Positions 18,801-27,872 of a stretch of 64,000 bases of DNA are shown piece after piece; the stretch's first letter is position 1, and every line of letters begins with the position of its first letter. The notes under the pieces were generated by a model. It did not search any database, was not told where the DNA came from, and saw nothing but the letters and a program-made list of their open reading frames with translations. The stretch covers positions 189,570 to 253,569 of the forward strand of contig NZ_OLMS01000003.1 of NCBI RefSeq assembly GCF_900292045.1, in the 5' to 3' direction. Source of the stretch: Parabacteroides pacaensis. GTDB taxonomy: Bacteria; Bacteroidota; Bacteroidia; Bacteroidales; Tannerellaceae. The position numbers and the translations under genes are program-made.

Positions 18801-19223
18801 GAGTCTTTCTGGATCGATGCAGTAAAAACGTATCCGTTTATCGATACGGACGGTAATTCCGGAGTAGCCTCTAAAAATGCCTTGTTGAAAGTATATGCAG
18901 ATAATCATTGGTCGGACGACAATAAAAATGTACGGGCTCTATGGCCCCGGTTATCGGCTACCCGATTGGAAAATAATACACAAACAAGTACCTGGTTTAT
19001 GCGGGATGGTTCCTTCTTACGATTGAAATCAGTGGAATTGGGGTATAAAATCCCGGATCAATTCGTAAGAAAAGCATGGATCTCGAATTTACGGATATAC
19101 GCAAGCGGGACCAATCTGTTAACCTTCAGCAAATTCAAGTTGTGGGATCCTGAAATGGCGGGCGACGGCATGAAGTATCCCATCCAAAAGGTAATTAATG
19201 TAGGTGTTCAACTGTCTTTTTAA
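15825..19223 (+). CDS. SusC/RagA-family TonB-dependent outer-membrane transporter with N-terminal STN signalling domain
   Basis: It has an STN domain and a CarbopepD_reg-like domain (KGKVIDEEGEPLPGVNIIIVGS). The TonB box, plug and barrel are present, with a C-terminal ...QLSF. The likely start is MKLIFISL at 15825. Confidence 0.9.
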   Translation: MKLIFISLVILNIHVKADSYLQKVRISLTLENKSVPEVFKEIEKQTEYIFFYYDKFVDENYKVRIDVKNQTLDQVLNQVLKGSNATYVIDGRQVFIKKKNPAATISLPSEPQQAVIELKGKVIDEEGEPLPGVNIIIVGSTRGVATDLDGTFTIKVSPQDKLSVSYLGMEDQIVPVKKQKEIIITLKPKVDELSEVTIVAFGKQKKESTLASITTVKPSELKVPSSNLTTALAGRISGLVAYQRSGEPGEDDASFFVRGVTSFTYARGPLILIDGVEMSTTDLARLQPDDIASFSIMKDAAATALYGARGANGVIMVTTKEGKEGKASISFRYETSFSSPTKQIELADPLTYMRLNNEAVLTRNPMQSVPYSMEKIDNTARGANPMIYPANDWYKILFKDQAINHRVNFNVSGGGKVARYYIAGTFSQDNGVIKTVKGSQNNIDLKRYLLRSNININMTKTTEAVVRLHGTFDDYGGPLDSGSDLYSKVMRSDPVAFPPYYQPDAANMYKQHILFGNMDQGQYINPYADMVKGFKNYSKSLMMAQFELKQKLDFITEGLSVRGLFSTNRYSFFDVKRYYTPYFYSVSMYDKIRDEYILNSLNPDKGSEWLKYEEGSKEVSTTTYFEAAVNYDRTFAEKHGVSGLLVYNMRNHLTGNAGSLMLSLPSRNLGISGRFTYNYDSRYFMEFNFGYNGSERFAKKERFGFFPSIGGGWIVTNEPFWKDKKTAFTRAFSKLKLKATYGLVGNDAIGDQNDRFFYQSDVNVSDSNRAYSWGENFNYTVNGVSINRYANDLISWEVSKKFNFGIELGLFNALELQADVYTENRSSILMTRADIPATMGLQRIPQANIGEARGKGVDLSADINHFFTKDFWITGRVNFTYAKAKYKLYEEADNSLTPWLSKIGYPVSQEWGYIAERLFVDDQDVLNSPTQSFGEYMGGDIKYKDINGDDKITELDKVPIGYPKTPEIIYGFGLSTGYKGFDFSFFFQGLGRESFWIDAVKTYPFIDTDGNSGVASKNALLKVYADNHWSDDNKNVRALWPRLSATRLENNTQTSTWFMRDGSFLRLKSVELGYKIPDQFVRKAWISNLRIYASGTNLLTFSKFKLWDPEMAGDGMKYPIQKVINVGVQLSF

Positions 19224-19235
19224 TTTAATGATGTT

Positions 19236-21173
19236 ATGAAAAAAATAATAATTACTATAGCGGTCGTTGTAACGGCATTTATTTCTTCGTGTAGTGATTA
19301 CCTGGATATTGTACCGGATAATGTAGCTACCCTGGATCATGCTTTTACAGATAAAGTAAGTGCGGAACGTTTCCTGGCAACGATTTATTCTTATATGCCC
19401 CGGATCGGCGATCCGCAGGCTGATCCCGGATTGCTTGCCAGTGACGAATTCGGCACGGTGGAAAATTCGTGGAATCTTCCCAGCTTCCATTATCATGGAA
19501 ACCGGATCAAGCTGGGACAGCAGAATACCAATAGCCCTTTGATGAACTATTGGGAAGGTCAAAATGACGGAAGGGGATTGTATATTGCCTTAAGGGATTG
19601 TAATATATTTCTGGAGAACATAGGAAAAGTAGGTCCCGATTTACCTGACGACGAACGGGTCCGCTGGATTGCCGAAGTGAAATTTTTCAAGGCGTTTTAC
19701 CATTATTATTTATTACAACTTTATGGCGCTATCCCTCTCATAAAAGAAAATAAACTTATCGGCAGCACGATTGACGAGGTAAAAGTGTATAGGGATCCTT
19801 TCGACGAAGGTGTAGAATATATCGCACAATTATGTGACGAGGCAATGCCTGATTTACCTTTGTCTATTAATAATATTGCTTCCGAAATGGGACGGATCAC
19901 CCGGCCTATGGCTGCCATGTTAAAAGCCCAAGTGCTGGTGTTGGCTGCCAGCCCGCTGTTTAACGGCAACCCGGATTTTGCCGGATTGACGGATAACCGG
20001 GGAATTAAATTATTTAGTGAAGCGGAAGATCCCGCAAAATGGAGCAAAGCTGCCACGGCTTGCAAAGAAGCGATTGAAATCTGTGAAAGTGCGGATATAC
20101 GGCTTTATCATTTTACGGATAGCCGTTATAACTTGTCTGATACTACACGCCTTTGTATGGACATCCGGGGAGCGGTTACGGAAAAATGGAATGAGGAATT
20201 AATATGGGGAAATCCGGTAAACACGAGCTATAAATTACAAACGAATACGATTCCTTTCTTAAAGACGGAAGATAAGCAAGGATCAGGACCAGACCCTGAA
20301 TTTTACGCGACTTTCCGGATGGCCGAATTATTTTATTCCAATCATGGCGTACCGATAGAGGAAGACCTCACCTATCCTTATTCCAGCAGGTACGAAACAG
20401 TACAAATAGGCAACGACCATACTTATTATATCAAGCAAGGTCTGACTACTGCCGTGTTGAATACGTATAGGGAGCCTCGTTTCTATGCCGATTTGGGTTT
20501 TGATACGGGATATTGGTTCGGCAATGGAAGAACAAAAGATGTAGGAACAGGTGCCGCCACGGAAACGTCTTGGATCATTGCAGCCAAGCAGGGCGAGATG
20601 AGCGGGAAAAGTGGTGATATCCGCTATAGCCGTTCCGGCTATTTTATTAAGAAAACTTCTAATTTCGAAACAGCGACGGGTACCAACGGAACGATTACCG
20701 TGACACGCTCTACTTTCCCCATTATGAGGCTTGCCGATCTCTACTTAATGTATGCGGAAGCCTTGAATGAAGCATCGGATGCACCCGGCGCGGAAGTTTA
20801 TTATTACGTGGATCAAGTCCGCCAGCGCGCCGGGTTAAAAGGGGTGATAGAAAGTTGGAGCCAATACTCTAAAATCCCTAATAAACCGTTGAATAAGTCT
20901 GGAATGCGTGAAATTATACGGCAGGAAAGGCTCATCGAACTTTGTTTCGAAAGTAAGAGATTTTGGGATATCCGCCGTTGGAAAGAGGCTCATATTTATT
21001 ATAACCAAGTGGAACGAGGATGGAATGTCGATCAAAAGAGCACGGAAGATTATTATCAGATCGTAGTGTGTAACCAGTTGGAATTTACAACCAAACAATA
21101 TTTATGGCCTATTCGTGAAGGTGAAATGAGACGGAATATAAACCTGGTTCAAAATCCTTATTGGAACAATTAA
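19236..21173 (+). CDS. SusD/RagB-family nutrient-binding outer-membrane lipoprotein
   Basis: It has a lipoprotein signal (FISSCSDY). TPR-like SusD motifs are present, including the C-terminal WDIRRWKE...NPYWNN. Confidence 0.9.
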   Translation: MKKIIITIAVVVTAFISSCSDYLDIVPDNVATLDHAFTDKVSAERFLATIYSYMPRIGDPQADPGLLASDEFGTVENSWNLPSFHYHGNRIKLGQQNTNSPLMNYWEGQNDGRGLYIALRDCNIFLENIGKVGPDLPDDERVRWIAEVKFFKAFYHYYLLQLYGAIPLIKENKLIGSTIDEVKVYRDPFDEGVEYIAQLCDEAMPDLPLSINNIASEMGRITRPMAAMLKAQVLVLAASPLFNGNPDFAGLTDNRGIKLFSEAEDPAKWSKAATACKEAIEICESADIRLYHFTDSRYNLSDTTRLCMDIRGAVTEKWNEELIWGNPVNTSYKLQTNTIPFLKTEDKQGSGPDPEFYATFRMAELFYSNHGVPIEEDLTYPYSSRYETVQIGNDHTYYIKQGLTTAVLNTYREPRFYADLGFDTGYWFGNGRTKDVGTGAATETSWIIAAKQGEMSGKSGDIRYSRSGYFIKKTSNFETATGTNGTITVTRSTFPIMRLADLYLMYAEALNEASDAPGAEVYYYVDQVRQRAGLKGVIESWSQYSKIPNKPLNKSGMREIIRQERLIELCFESKRFWDIRRWKEAHIYYNQVERGWNVDQKSTEDYYQIVVCNQLEFTTKQYLWPIREGEMRRNINLVQNPYWNN

Positions 21174-21185
21174 CTTTAAAATACT

Positions 21186-22376
21186 GTGGATATGAAAAGA
21201 TATATAATTTGCTTATTTGCTATCATACCTCTTTTTTATAGCTGTAAAGAAGAATATATAGGGCAATATCCGGTAGATTCGGTAGCACCCAAGCCGGTTT
21301 CGGATGTGGTTGTAGAAAATATTCCGGGTGGAGCGATATTAACTTATACCTTACCGGAAGAAGATGATTTGCTCTGTGTAAAAGCTGTTTATACCCTACC
21401 TGACAAAACTCAGAAAGAGATGTCGAGCTCCGCCTATTCTAACAAAATAGAATTGAAAGGATTCGGCAAAAGTGCCAAGACGCAAGTAGAGTTGTTTGCA
21501 GTAGATAAAAGTTACAATACATCTATTCCCGTAAAGGTAGATATAGAGCCGTTGAATTCTCCTATTTACGAAGTCTTTGAAACGTTGAAATTGTATGAAG
21601 CATTCGGCGGGGTCAAATTTTATTGGGAAAATCCTCTAAAAGAGAATATTGTTTTCGAAACATTAATAGAGGATGAGGAACTTCACGAGTACAAACATAT
21701 CGAATCTATTTATTCTTCCGAACAGACTGCCAATAAATCCCTTCGCGGATTAGATGCGAAGCCTACCCGTTTTGCCTTTTATTTCCGGGATACCTACAAT
21801 AACTATACAGATACGTTGTATAAAGAATTGACCCCTATTTTTGAAGAAGAATTGGATAAAAAGCAATTCGTACCGTTAAAACTTTCATCCAAATTCAAGC
21901 TTCATAGTTATGGCGGTGGAAAAATGCAAGCCATGTGGGATAATATTTATAATGTAGCTAACAATTTATTTTATGTAAACGTAGCTTCTGAAGAAATTTA
22001 TTTTGCCTTTGACATGGGTGTTGAGGCGAAGCTGTCCCGTTTTAGATTATGGACACGCCGGGATTTCCTTTTTGCCCTTCACCATTTGAGAACGTTTGAA
22101 ATATGGGGAACATCCGATCCGAATGCTACGAAAGATCCGGATAATTGGGAAGGTTGGACCAAGATCATGGATTGTGAATCCAAACGTCCTTCCGGCATTG
22201 AAACTTCCGGAAATGTTACGGCTGAAGATGAAGAATATGTTTTAGCAGGGGAGGAATTTGAAGTTCCTATCGACGCGCCTAAAGTACGGTACATCAAATT
22301 TTTGGTGCATACTACTTGGGGGAATACGCAAGCCGCTTTTATAAATGAGATTACATTGTGGGGAAGTACTAAATAA
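21186..22376 (+). CDS. PUL-associated surface lipoprotein, DUF4959-like N-terminal domain with an F5/8 type C (discoidin) C-terminal domain
   Basis: It has a lipobox (LFYSCKEE). Its position after SusD is typical of SGBP-like proteins. The C-terminal ...FLVHTTWGNTQAAFINEITLWG is discoidin-like. Confidence 0.55.
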   Translation: MDMKRYIICLFAIIPLFYSCKEEYIGQYPVDSVAPKPVSDVVVENIPGGAILTYTLPEEDDLLCVKAVYTLPDKTQKEMSSSAYSNKIELKGFGKSAKTQVELFAVDKSYNTSIPVKVDIEPLNSPIYEVFETLKLYEAFGGVKFYWENPLKENIVFETLIEDEELHEYKHIESIYSSEQTANKSLRGLDAKPTRFAFYFRDTYNNYTDTLYKELTPIFEEELDKKQFVPLKLSSKFKLHSYGGGKMQAMWDNIYNVANNLFYVNVASEEIYFAFDMGVEAKLSRFRLWTRRDFLFALHHLRTFEIWGTSDPNATKDPDNWEGWTKIMDCESKRPSGIETSGNVTAEDEEYVLAGEEFEVPIDAPKVRYIKFLVHTTWGNTQAAFINEITLWGSTK

Positions 22377-22387
22377 ATTTTGCAGTT

Positions 22388-23092
22388 ATGAAAAAAAGTA
22401 TTTATTTTATCGTCGGATGGTTTACTTTTATCGCGATGTATTCGTGTTCGGATATGAATGATATGCATGATCCGTGGATGAAAGACGGGGAAATTACGTA
22501 TGTAGGCCGGGTAGATTCCATTCATGCCTATAGTGGGAGAGAACGGGTATTAGTTAGCTATTGGGTTACAGATCCGCGGGTGAAAAAACTGATTGTTTAT
22601 TGGAACCAGAAAGCGGATTCTGTCATTGTGCCGGTTACTCCTCATCATCCTTCCGACTCGTTAACGGTAATGATCGGTGAAGGAGAGACGAAGATAAAGG
22701 AAGGTGACCATACGTTTTTCTTTTATTCGTATGATGAACGGGGGCATCGTTCCGTAAAATATGAAACTTTGCTGAATGTGTATGGAGACCGTTACCAAGC
22801 AACCCTCAGTAACCGTTCCATAAAAAAAGTAAACTGCCGGGAAAATACCTTGATACTGGAATGGGGTGGTAGCAACAGCAATAATGAAATCGGCATAGAA
22901 ATTTTATATACCGATAAAGAAGGAAAAACAAAGACTTTCTTTGCAGAAACCGCGTTATTGGCACAAGCTATTGTTCTGGAAAATGTGGATATAACGAAAG
23001 AAGTAAAGTACCGGACTTTGTTCAAACCCAATCCACAGGCATTAGATACGTTTAGTGCTCCGGAGATCGTGATACCAATCAATAACGAATAA
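22388..23092 (+). CDS. PUL-associated lipoprotein (DUF4998-like)
   Basis: It has a lipobox (AMYSCSD). It is the typical partner of DUF4959 proteins in Bacteroidales PULs. Confidence 0.45.
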   Translation: MKKSIYFIVGWFTFIAMYSCSDMNDMHDPWMKDGEITYVGRVDSIHAYSGRERVLVSYWVTDPRVKKLIVYWNQKADSVIVPVTPHHPSDSLTVMIGEGETKIKEGDHTFFFYSYDERGHRSVKYETLLNVYGDRYQATLSNRSIKKVNCRENTLILEWGGSNSNNEIGIEILYTDKEGKTKTFFAETALLAQAIVLENVDITKEVKYRTLFKPNPQALDTFSAPEIVIPINNE

Positions 23093-23103
23093 ATAATATA
23101 TAT

Positions 23104-26103
23104 ATGCTGACCCGACGTGATTTTATGAAAGTAACTACTGTTGGTAGTGTATTGGCGACATTCGGTGAAATGGCAGATGCGAAAGACTTGGTAAAACAAG
23201 CTGCCGAGGAGTTGAATGACGTGTCTGAAAGTGAAAAGGAAATACCGGTTGTCGAAGATGTCGATTTGGTAATTGTAGGTGGTTCCTCCGGGGCAGTTGC
23301 CGCGGCGGGAGCTGCCGCAAGATCCGGTTGCAAGGTCTTTTTAGTCGCTTCTTTACCCTATTTGGGAGACGATATTTGCGGAACACTTCGGCTTGTCTGC
23401 GGAAAAGAGGAAAAACCAGCCAATTATTTAAGCAGGCGTTTGTTCTTGCAAAGCAAGTCGCCTACCCCTTTGTACATAAAAACGGAATTGGAAAACGAAC
23501 TGATCGATAACGGAGTCAATTTCCTTTATAGTAGCTATGTAACGAATGTATTAACAGACAACTCCCGCCAGGTAGCGGGAGTTGTAATAGCAAACCGTTC
23601 CGGAAGGCAGGTCATTCGGGCAAAGGCAGTAATAGATGCAACTCATACGGCGGCTATAGCTAAGATGGCGGGGGCGAAAACATCTTCTTTTAATCCCGGA
23701 GAGTATGAGTTTGGTTTTGTCACGGTAGGAAATACCCGCCAAGACGTTCCGGGAGTCATTCAAAAGGAGAAATTGCCCTATTCGCTATCGGTCGGAAACA
23801 AGCAATTACCGGTAACCCGCTATACCTTCCGTCTGCCGGTAAAAGACGAAAGCTACGCTACCTTGCAAGAAATAGAGCAGATTATCCGGGATAGGACATG
23901 GGATGCCGACCAGGGCGACAGTTCGGATTTACTCGAATATCTGCCTTTTACCCGTATCCTATCTTCAAAACCTTTTACACAAGATTTTTCGTACATAAGG
24001 AAGATCCCTTTGGAAGCATTCCAGCCGCAAGGGGTTGCAAACTTATGGGTATTAGGGCCTGCTGCGGATGTTTCCCGCCAAGTAGCGGAAAAATTGATGA
24101 GACCGGTATTCCATATAGCTTTAGGCGAAATAGTAGGAGAAGTCGTCGCCTTATGTATAGCCGGACGCGCTCATCCGGACAAAGTACAAGTATTACAGGA
24201 AGCGAAACGGGGGGATGAGTATGGAAAGATAGGAGAATTACTGTTGCCTCTTCGTCCGGCTAAACTTCAAGGATATGCTTTTTCTCCGAAAGCCTCTTTA
24301 CCTGTATTAGGAAGTTATGATGTAGTAGTTATGGGAGGAGGGACCGCCGGCGCACCGGCCGGGATTGCTGCGGCAAGACAGGGCGCGAAAACTCTTATAA
24401 TAGAATATCTGCACGGGTTAGGCGGAATTATGACACAAGGATTCATTGGAAAGTACTGGGACGGATTCAAGGGTGGTTTCTCTGCACTTGTGGATGAAGG
24501 TGTGCGGAATATGGCTCCTTTGGATCATCCCCGGCAATTGAAAAATTGGAAAGACAGCCATAATGCAGATTGGAAACAGGAATATTTTCGCCGGGAGTTA
24601 CGGAAAGCAGGAGGTGAACTTTGGTTCGGCGTGATGGGATGTGGAGTGATAGTCCGCGATCATTGTATAAAAGGAGTTGTAGTAGCCACTCCGTTCGGAC
24701 GGGGCGTTATTAAGACCCAAGTGGTAATAGACAGTACCGGCAGTGCCGATATGGCGATTGCTGCCGGAGCAGAATATAGCTCTACGGGGCAACATGTTGC
24801 CGTGCAAGGGGCCGGTATGGGGAATTGGACTCCCTACGATTTTTATAATAATAACGATTGGGCGTTTATCGACGATACGGATATTTTGGACGTTAGCCGG
24901 GTCTATGTGCAGGCAAAGAAAAAGAATGCAGGAAAATATGATATGGTTAAATTGCCGCAAACACGTGAACGTAGAAGAGTGGTAGGGGAATATTCGGTTT
25001 CCGTATATGATGTATTGAATCATCGCAGATATCCGGATACAATTTCTTATCATCAAAGTTCGTTCGATACGCACGGCATGATTGTAGATCCATATTTTAT
25101 TTTGTCTCCTCCCCAAAAGCGGCATGCCATTTACAATGCGGATGTCCCTTTAAGAGCCTTGTTGCCCAAAGGTTTGGAAGGAATCCTGACAACCGGGTTG
25201 GGAGCGAGTGCCGATAGAGACGCCATGCCGGTCATCCGGATGCAGTCGTGTCTGCAAAATCAAGGATTTGCTGTGGGTTATTTAGCTGCGCAAGCCGTAA
25301 AGGAAAATAAGCCCTTACGAAAAGTCGATATGAAAAAGATCCAGAAATATCTGGTGGAAATAGGAAATTTGCCGGAAAGAGTATTGAAAGATAAAGCCTT
25401 TAAAGGATATTCTAAAAAGGAACTGGAAAATGCAGCCGGGACCGTCCATGATAATTATAAAGGATTGGAAATCCTTTTAACGCAGCCGGAACCTTCCGAA
25501 CAATTGCTTTTAAATAAAATGAAGCAAGGCGGATCCGTTGACGAGCAAGTTATATATGCCAGCATTTTATGTATATTGGAAAATAAACAGTATGCATCTG
25601 TTTTAGCGGACAAGGTTAAAAGTTTTTCCGGTTGGGATAAGGGTTGGCATTATACCGGCATGGGACAATTCGGCACTTGTATGAGCCGGCTGGATGCTTT
25701 AATGATAGCCTTAGGAAGTACCGGGGAAAGGAATGTCTTGCCTATTATTTTAGATAAGGCCGGATTGTTATTGCCGGAAGATTATTTTTCTCATTTCCGT
25801 GCTGTTGCGGTAGCGGCGGAAAAGATAGGAAGTAAAGATGCCGTTCCTGTTTTATTCGATTTATTACAAATGCCGGGTATGCGGGGACATTCTCTTTCTT
25901 CTTATAGGGAAGCCCGGAAAAAAACTGTTCCTGCACTGGACGATGTAAGTGTCCGTAATTATGCTCTTAAAGAACTCCATATAGCTCGCGCTTTATATCG
26001 ATGTGGAGATAAGGATGGGTTAGGAGAGAAGATATTGAAAGAGTATAAAAACGGATTGCAGGGACATTATGCCCGTTATGCCGGGTATGTGTTGAATGAT
26101 TAA
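23104..26103 (+). CDS. TAT-signal FAD-dependent oxidoreductase with two tandem FAD-binding domains and a HEAT-like C-terminal region
   Basis: There is a twin-arginine signal (MLTRRDFMKVTTVGSVLATFG). Two dinucleotide-binding motifs are present, DLVIVGGSSGAVAAAGAAARSG and DVVVMGGGTAGAPAGIAAARQG. Confidence 0.7.
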   Translation: MLTRRDFMKVTTVGSVLATFGEMADAKDLVKQAAEELNDVSESEKEIPVVEDVDLVIVGGSSGAVAAAGAAARSGCKVFLVASLPYLGDDICGTLRLVCGKEEKPANYLSRRLFLQSKSPTPLYIKTELENELIDNGVNFLYSSYVTNVLTDNSRQVAGVVIANRSGRQVIRAKAVIDATHTAAIAKMAGAKTSSFNPGEYEFGFVTVGNTRQDVPGVIQKEKLPYSLSVGNKQLPVTRYTFRLPVKDESYATLQEIEQIIRDRTWDADQGDSSDLLEYLPFTRILSSKPFTQDFSYIRKIPLEAFQPQGVANLWVLGPAADVSRQVAEKLMRPVFHIALGEIVGEVVALCIAGRAHPDKVQVLQEAKRGDEYGKIGELLLPLRPAKLQGYAFSPKASLPVLGSYDVVVMGGGTAGAPAGIAAARQGAKTLIIEYLHGLGGIMTQGFIGKYWDGFKGGFSALVDEGVRNMAPLDHPRQLKNWKDSHNADWKQEYFRRELRKAGGELWFGVMGCGVIVRDHCIKGVVVATPFGRGVIKTQVVIDSTGSADMAIAAGAEYSSTGQHVAVQGAGMGNWTPYDFYNNNDWAFIDDTDILDVSRVYVQAKKKNAGKYDMVKLPQTRERRRVVGEYSVSVYDVLNHRRYPDTISYHQSSFDTHGMIVDPYFILSPPQKRHAIYNADVPLRALLPKGLEGILTTGLGASADRDAMPVIRMQSCLQNQGFAVGYLAAQAVKENKPLRKVDMKKIQKYLVEIGNLPERVLKDKAFKGYSKKELENAAGTVHDNYKGLEILLTQPEPSEQLLLNKMKQGGSVDEQVIYASILCILENKQYASVLADKVKSFSGWDKGWHYTGMGQFGTCMSRLDALMIALGSTGERNVLPIILDKAGLLLPEDYFSHFRAVAVAAEKIGSKDAVPVLFDLLQMPGMRGHSLSSYREARKKTVPALDDVSVRNYALKELHIARALYRCGDKDGLGEKILKEYKNGLQGHYARYAGYVLND

Positions 26104-26403
26104 AATGAATTTCTGAATACCAATCCCGATAGGGCGGAGCGTAACGAATGAGCTAAACCGGCGTTCGCTACGCTCTGTTTTGTTTCCGGCTGTCCTTTTT
26201 TTTGATAAATAATTTGATTTTCAATAGGTATTACAAAAAACATTCGCATAATACAATGAACTAAAAATCACCGGACGATTATTAAAATCGAACGAATAAA
26301 AAGTGCTTACAGACTATGTTGTTTAAAAAAAATTTCCATAACTTACCACCGTTTACCAGTTAGATTTATACGATGTTTCATCTTATTACATTTTAAAGCA
26401 ATC

Positions 26404-27831
26404 ATGAGAATCACACAAACTTTTTGGACGGCTAACCAGTCTTTATTGAACAATAACTTTGGATGGATCAGTCCTCAAGCTCATCTGATGTCATGGGCTT
26501 TGAGCTGCCTGAGTATTAGAAAGAATTACGACGACGTTGTCTTATATACGGATTCGGAAGGATACAGAGTATTTATCGAACTGATGAAACTGCCTTATAC
26601 GGAGGTTGTCGTGCAGTATGACGATCTGCATTGCCCGCAGCTTCATTGGGCCTACCCTAAAATGCTGACTTATTCGTTACAGCAAGAACCGTTTATACAT
26701 GTCGACGGAGATTTGTATATCCCTCACCGGCTGAATGCGAATATCGAGAATGCCGGTTTGATTGCTCAGAATGTAGAAAACGGAACAAAATATTACAAGA
26801 GCATGATGGGTGATATTTTACAGCGTCAGGTCGTTGTGCCGGATTTCCTGCATAAGGAACTTGATCGTGATTCCATCAGGGCGTATAATGCAGGCGTGTT
26901 GGGCGGAAATGATGTAGACTTTATTCAGGAATATTGCCGGAGTGCCTTTCAAATCATTGAAGACAATCATTTGAATGACGAGGGCAATCCTCGCATTCAT
27001 GTCAATAACAATCTACTGTATGAACAAGTCTTGTTCTTTGCATTAGCCGATAAGTATAAGAAAAAGGTGGCGACTGTGATAGAACGTGAAATTCCGGACA
27101 ATGGATATTATTATCAGGACTTTTGCGACTTTTACAAGTATGATCAATTGCCCATGCTGCACATATTGGGCGGTTACAAAAGGAACCCTCGGATTTGTAA
27201 TTTGCTTGGAAGAACTTTATTGAATAAGTATCCGGAATATTACAAACGTATTGTGGAACTGTTTACCAAAGACCATAAGCGTTTGCAGGGCGGCTATACC
27301 GAGAGATGCCTTTCCGACTTGTCGGTGCAAATGTGTATGGCTACTTATCAGGATTATTTGAAGAACTTGCTGAATGAGTGGAAAGATATTCCTGTTGCCG
27401 AATTGTTAGAACAAGAACGTCGTACCTCTTCTTATCCGGTATTCCTGTATGCGGATAAGGATCAACAGCTTCGTTTCATTATGGGACGCACCCCATACGT
27501 GGATATATTTGAGATTCCGGACGAATGGCCGGAGGAGGCAAAGAAGTTGATAAAAGAAAGAATAGAAGGAAGTGGTCTGTTGAAACTCAAAGATATTGTT
27601 TGTTTTCCCACATTACTTGGCGATGGTTATAAGGAACTGATGATTAATGATATAGATTATAACATTCTTCTCTTGTTGGAAACAGAACGAACGTTTGCTG
27701 ATTTGTATAACAGCTTGATTGACAGTTTCTCATTCAACGGTAGGGAGCAGGAGCCTTATATACGTAAGTTGATAATGGATGAACTGGAAAAACTTTCTTA
27801 TAACGGCTTAATTTATGCAAGATTTGAATAA
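26404..27831 (+). CDS. Cytoplasmic protein with an N-terminal GT-A glycosyltransferase domain resembling the GT32 / Gly_transf_sug DXD family, plus a ~300-aa uncharacterised C-terminal region
   Basis: There is no signal peptide. Three motifs match the family: ITQTFW (compare IHQIW), VVLYTDSEG (compare ILWTD) and AYPKMLTYSL..FIHVDGDLY (compare SDLLRY..GGIYLDTD, the DXD motif). Recognition is from memory, not from a search. Confidence 0.4.
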   Translation: MRITQTFWTANQSLLNNNFGWISPQAHLMSWALSCLSIRKNYDDVVLYTDSEGYRVFIELMKLPYTEVVVQYDDLHCPQLHWAYPKMLTYSLQQEPFIHVDGDLYIPHRLNANIENAGLIAQNVENGTKYYKSMMGDILQRQVVVPDFLHKELDRDSIRAYNAGVLGGNDVDFIQEYCRSAFQIIEDNHLNDEGNPRIHVNNNLLYEQVLFFALADKYKKKVATVIEREIPDNGYYYQDFCDFYKYDQLPMLHILGGYKRNPRICNLLGRTLLNKYPEYYKRIVELFTKDHKRLQGGYTERCLSDLSVQMCMATYQDYLKNLLNEWKDIPVAELLEQERRTSSYPVFLYADKDQQLRFIMGRTPYVDIFEIPDEWPEEAKKLIKERIEGSGLLKLKDIVCFPTLLGDGYKELMINDIDYNILLLLETERTFADLYNSLIDSFSFNGREQEPYIRKLIMDELEKLSYNGLIYARFE

Positions 27832-27872
27832 GAGGGAAAGTATTTAGTATTAATCTTTTAGATAATGCAACA

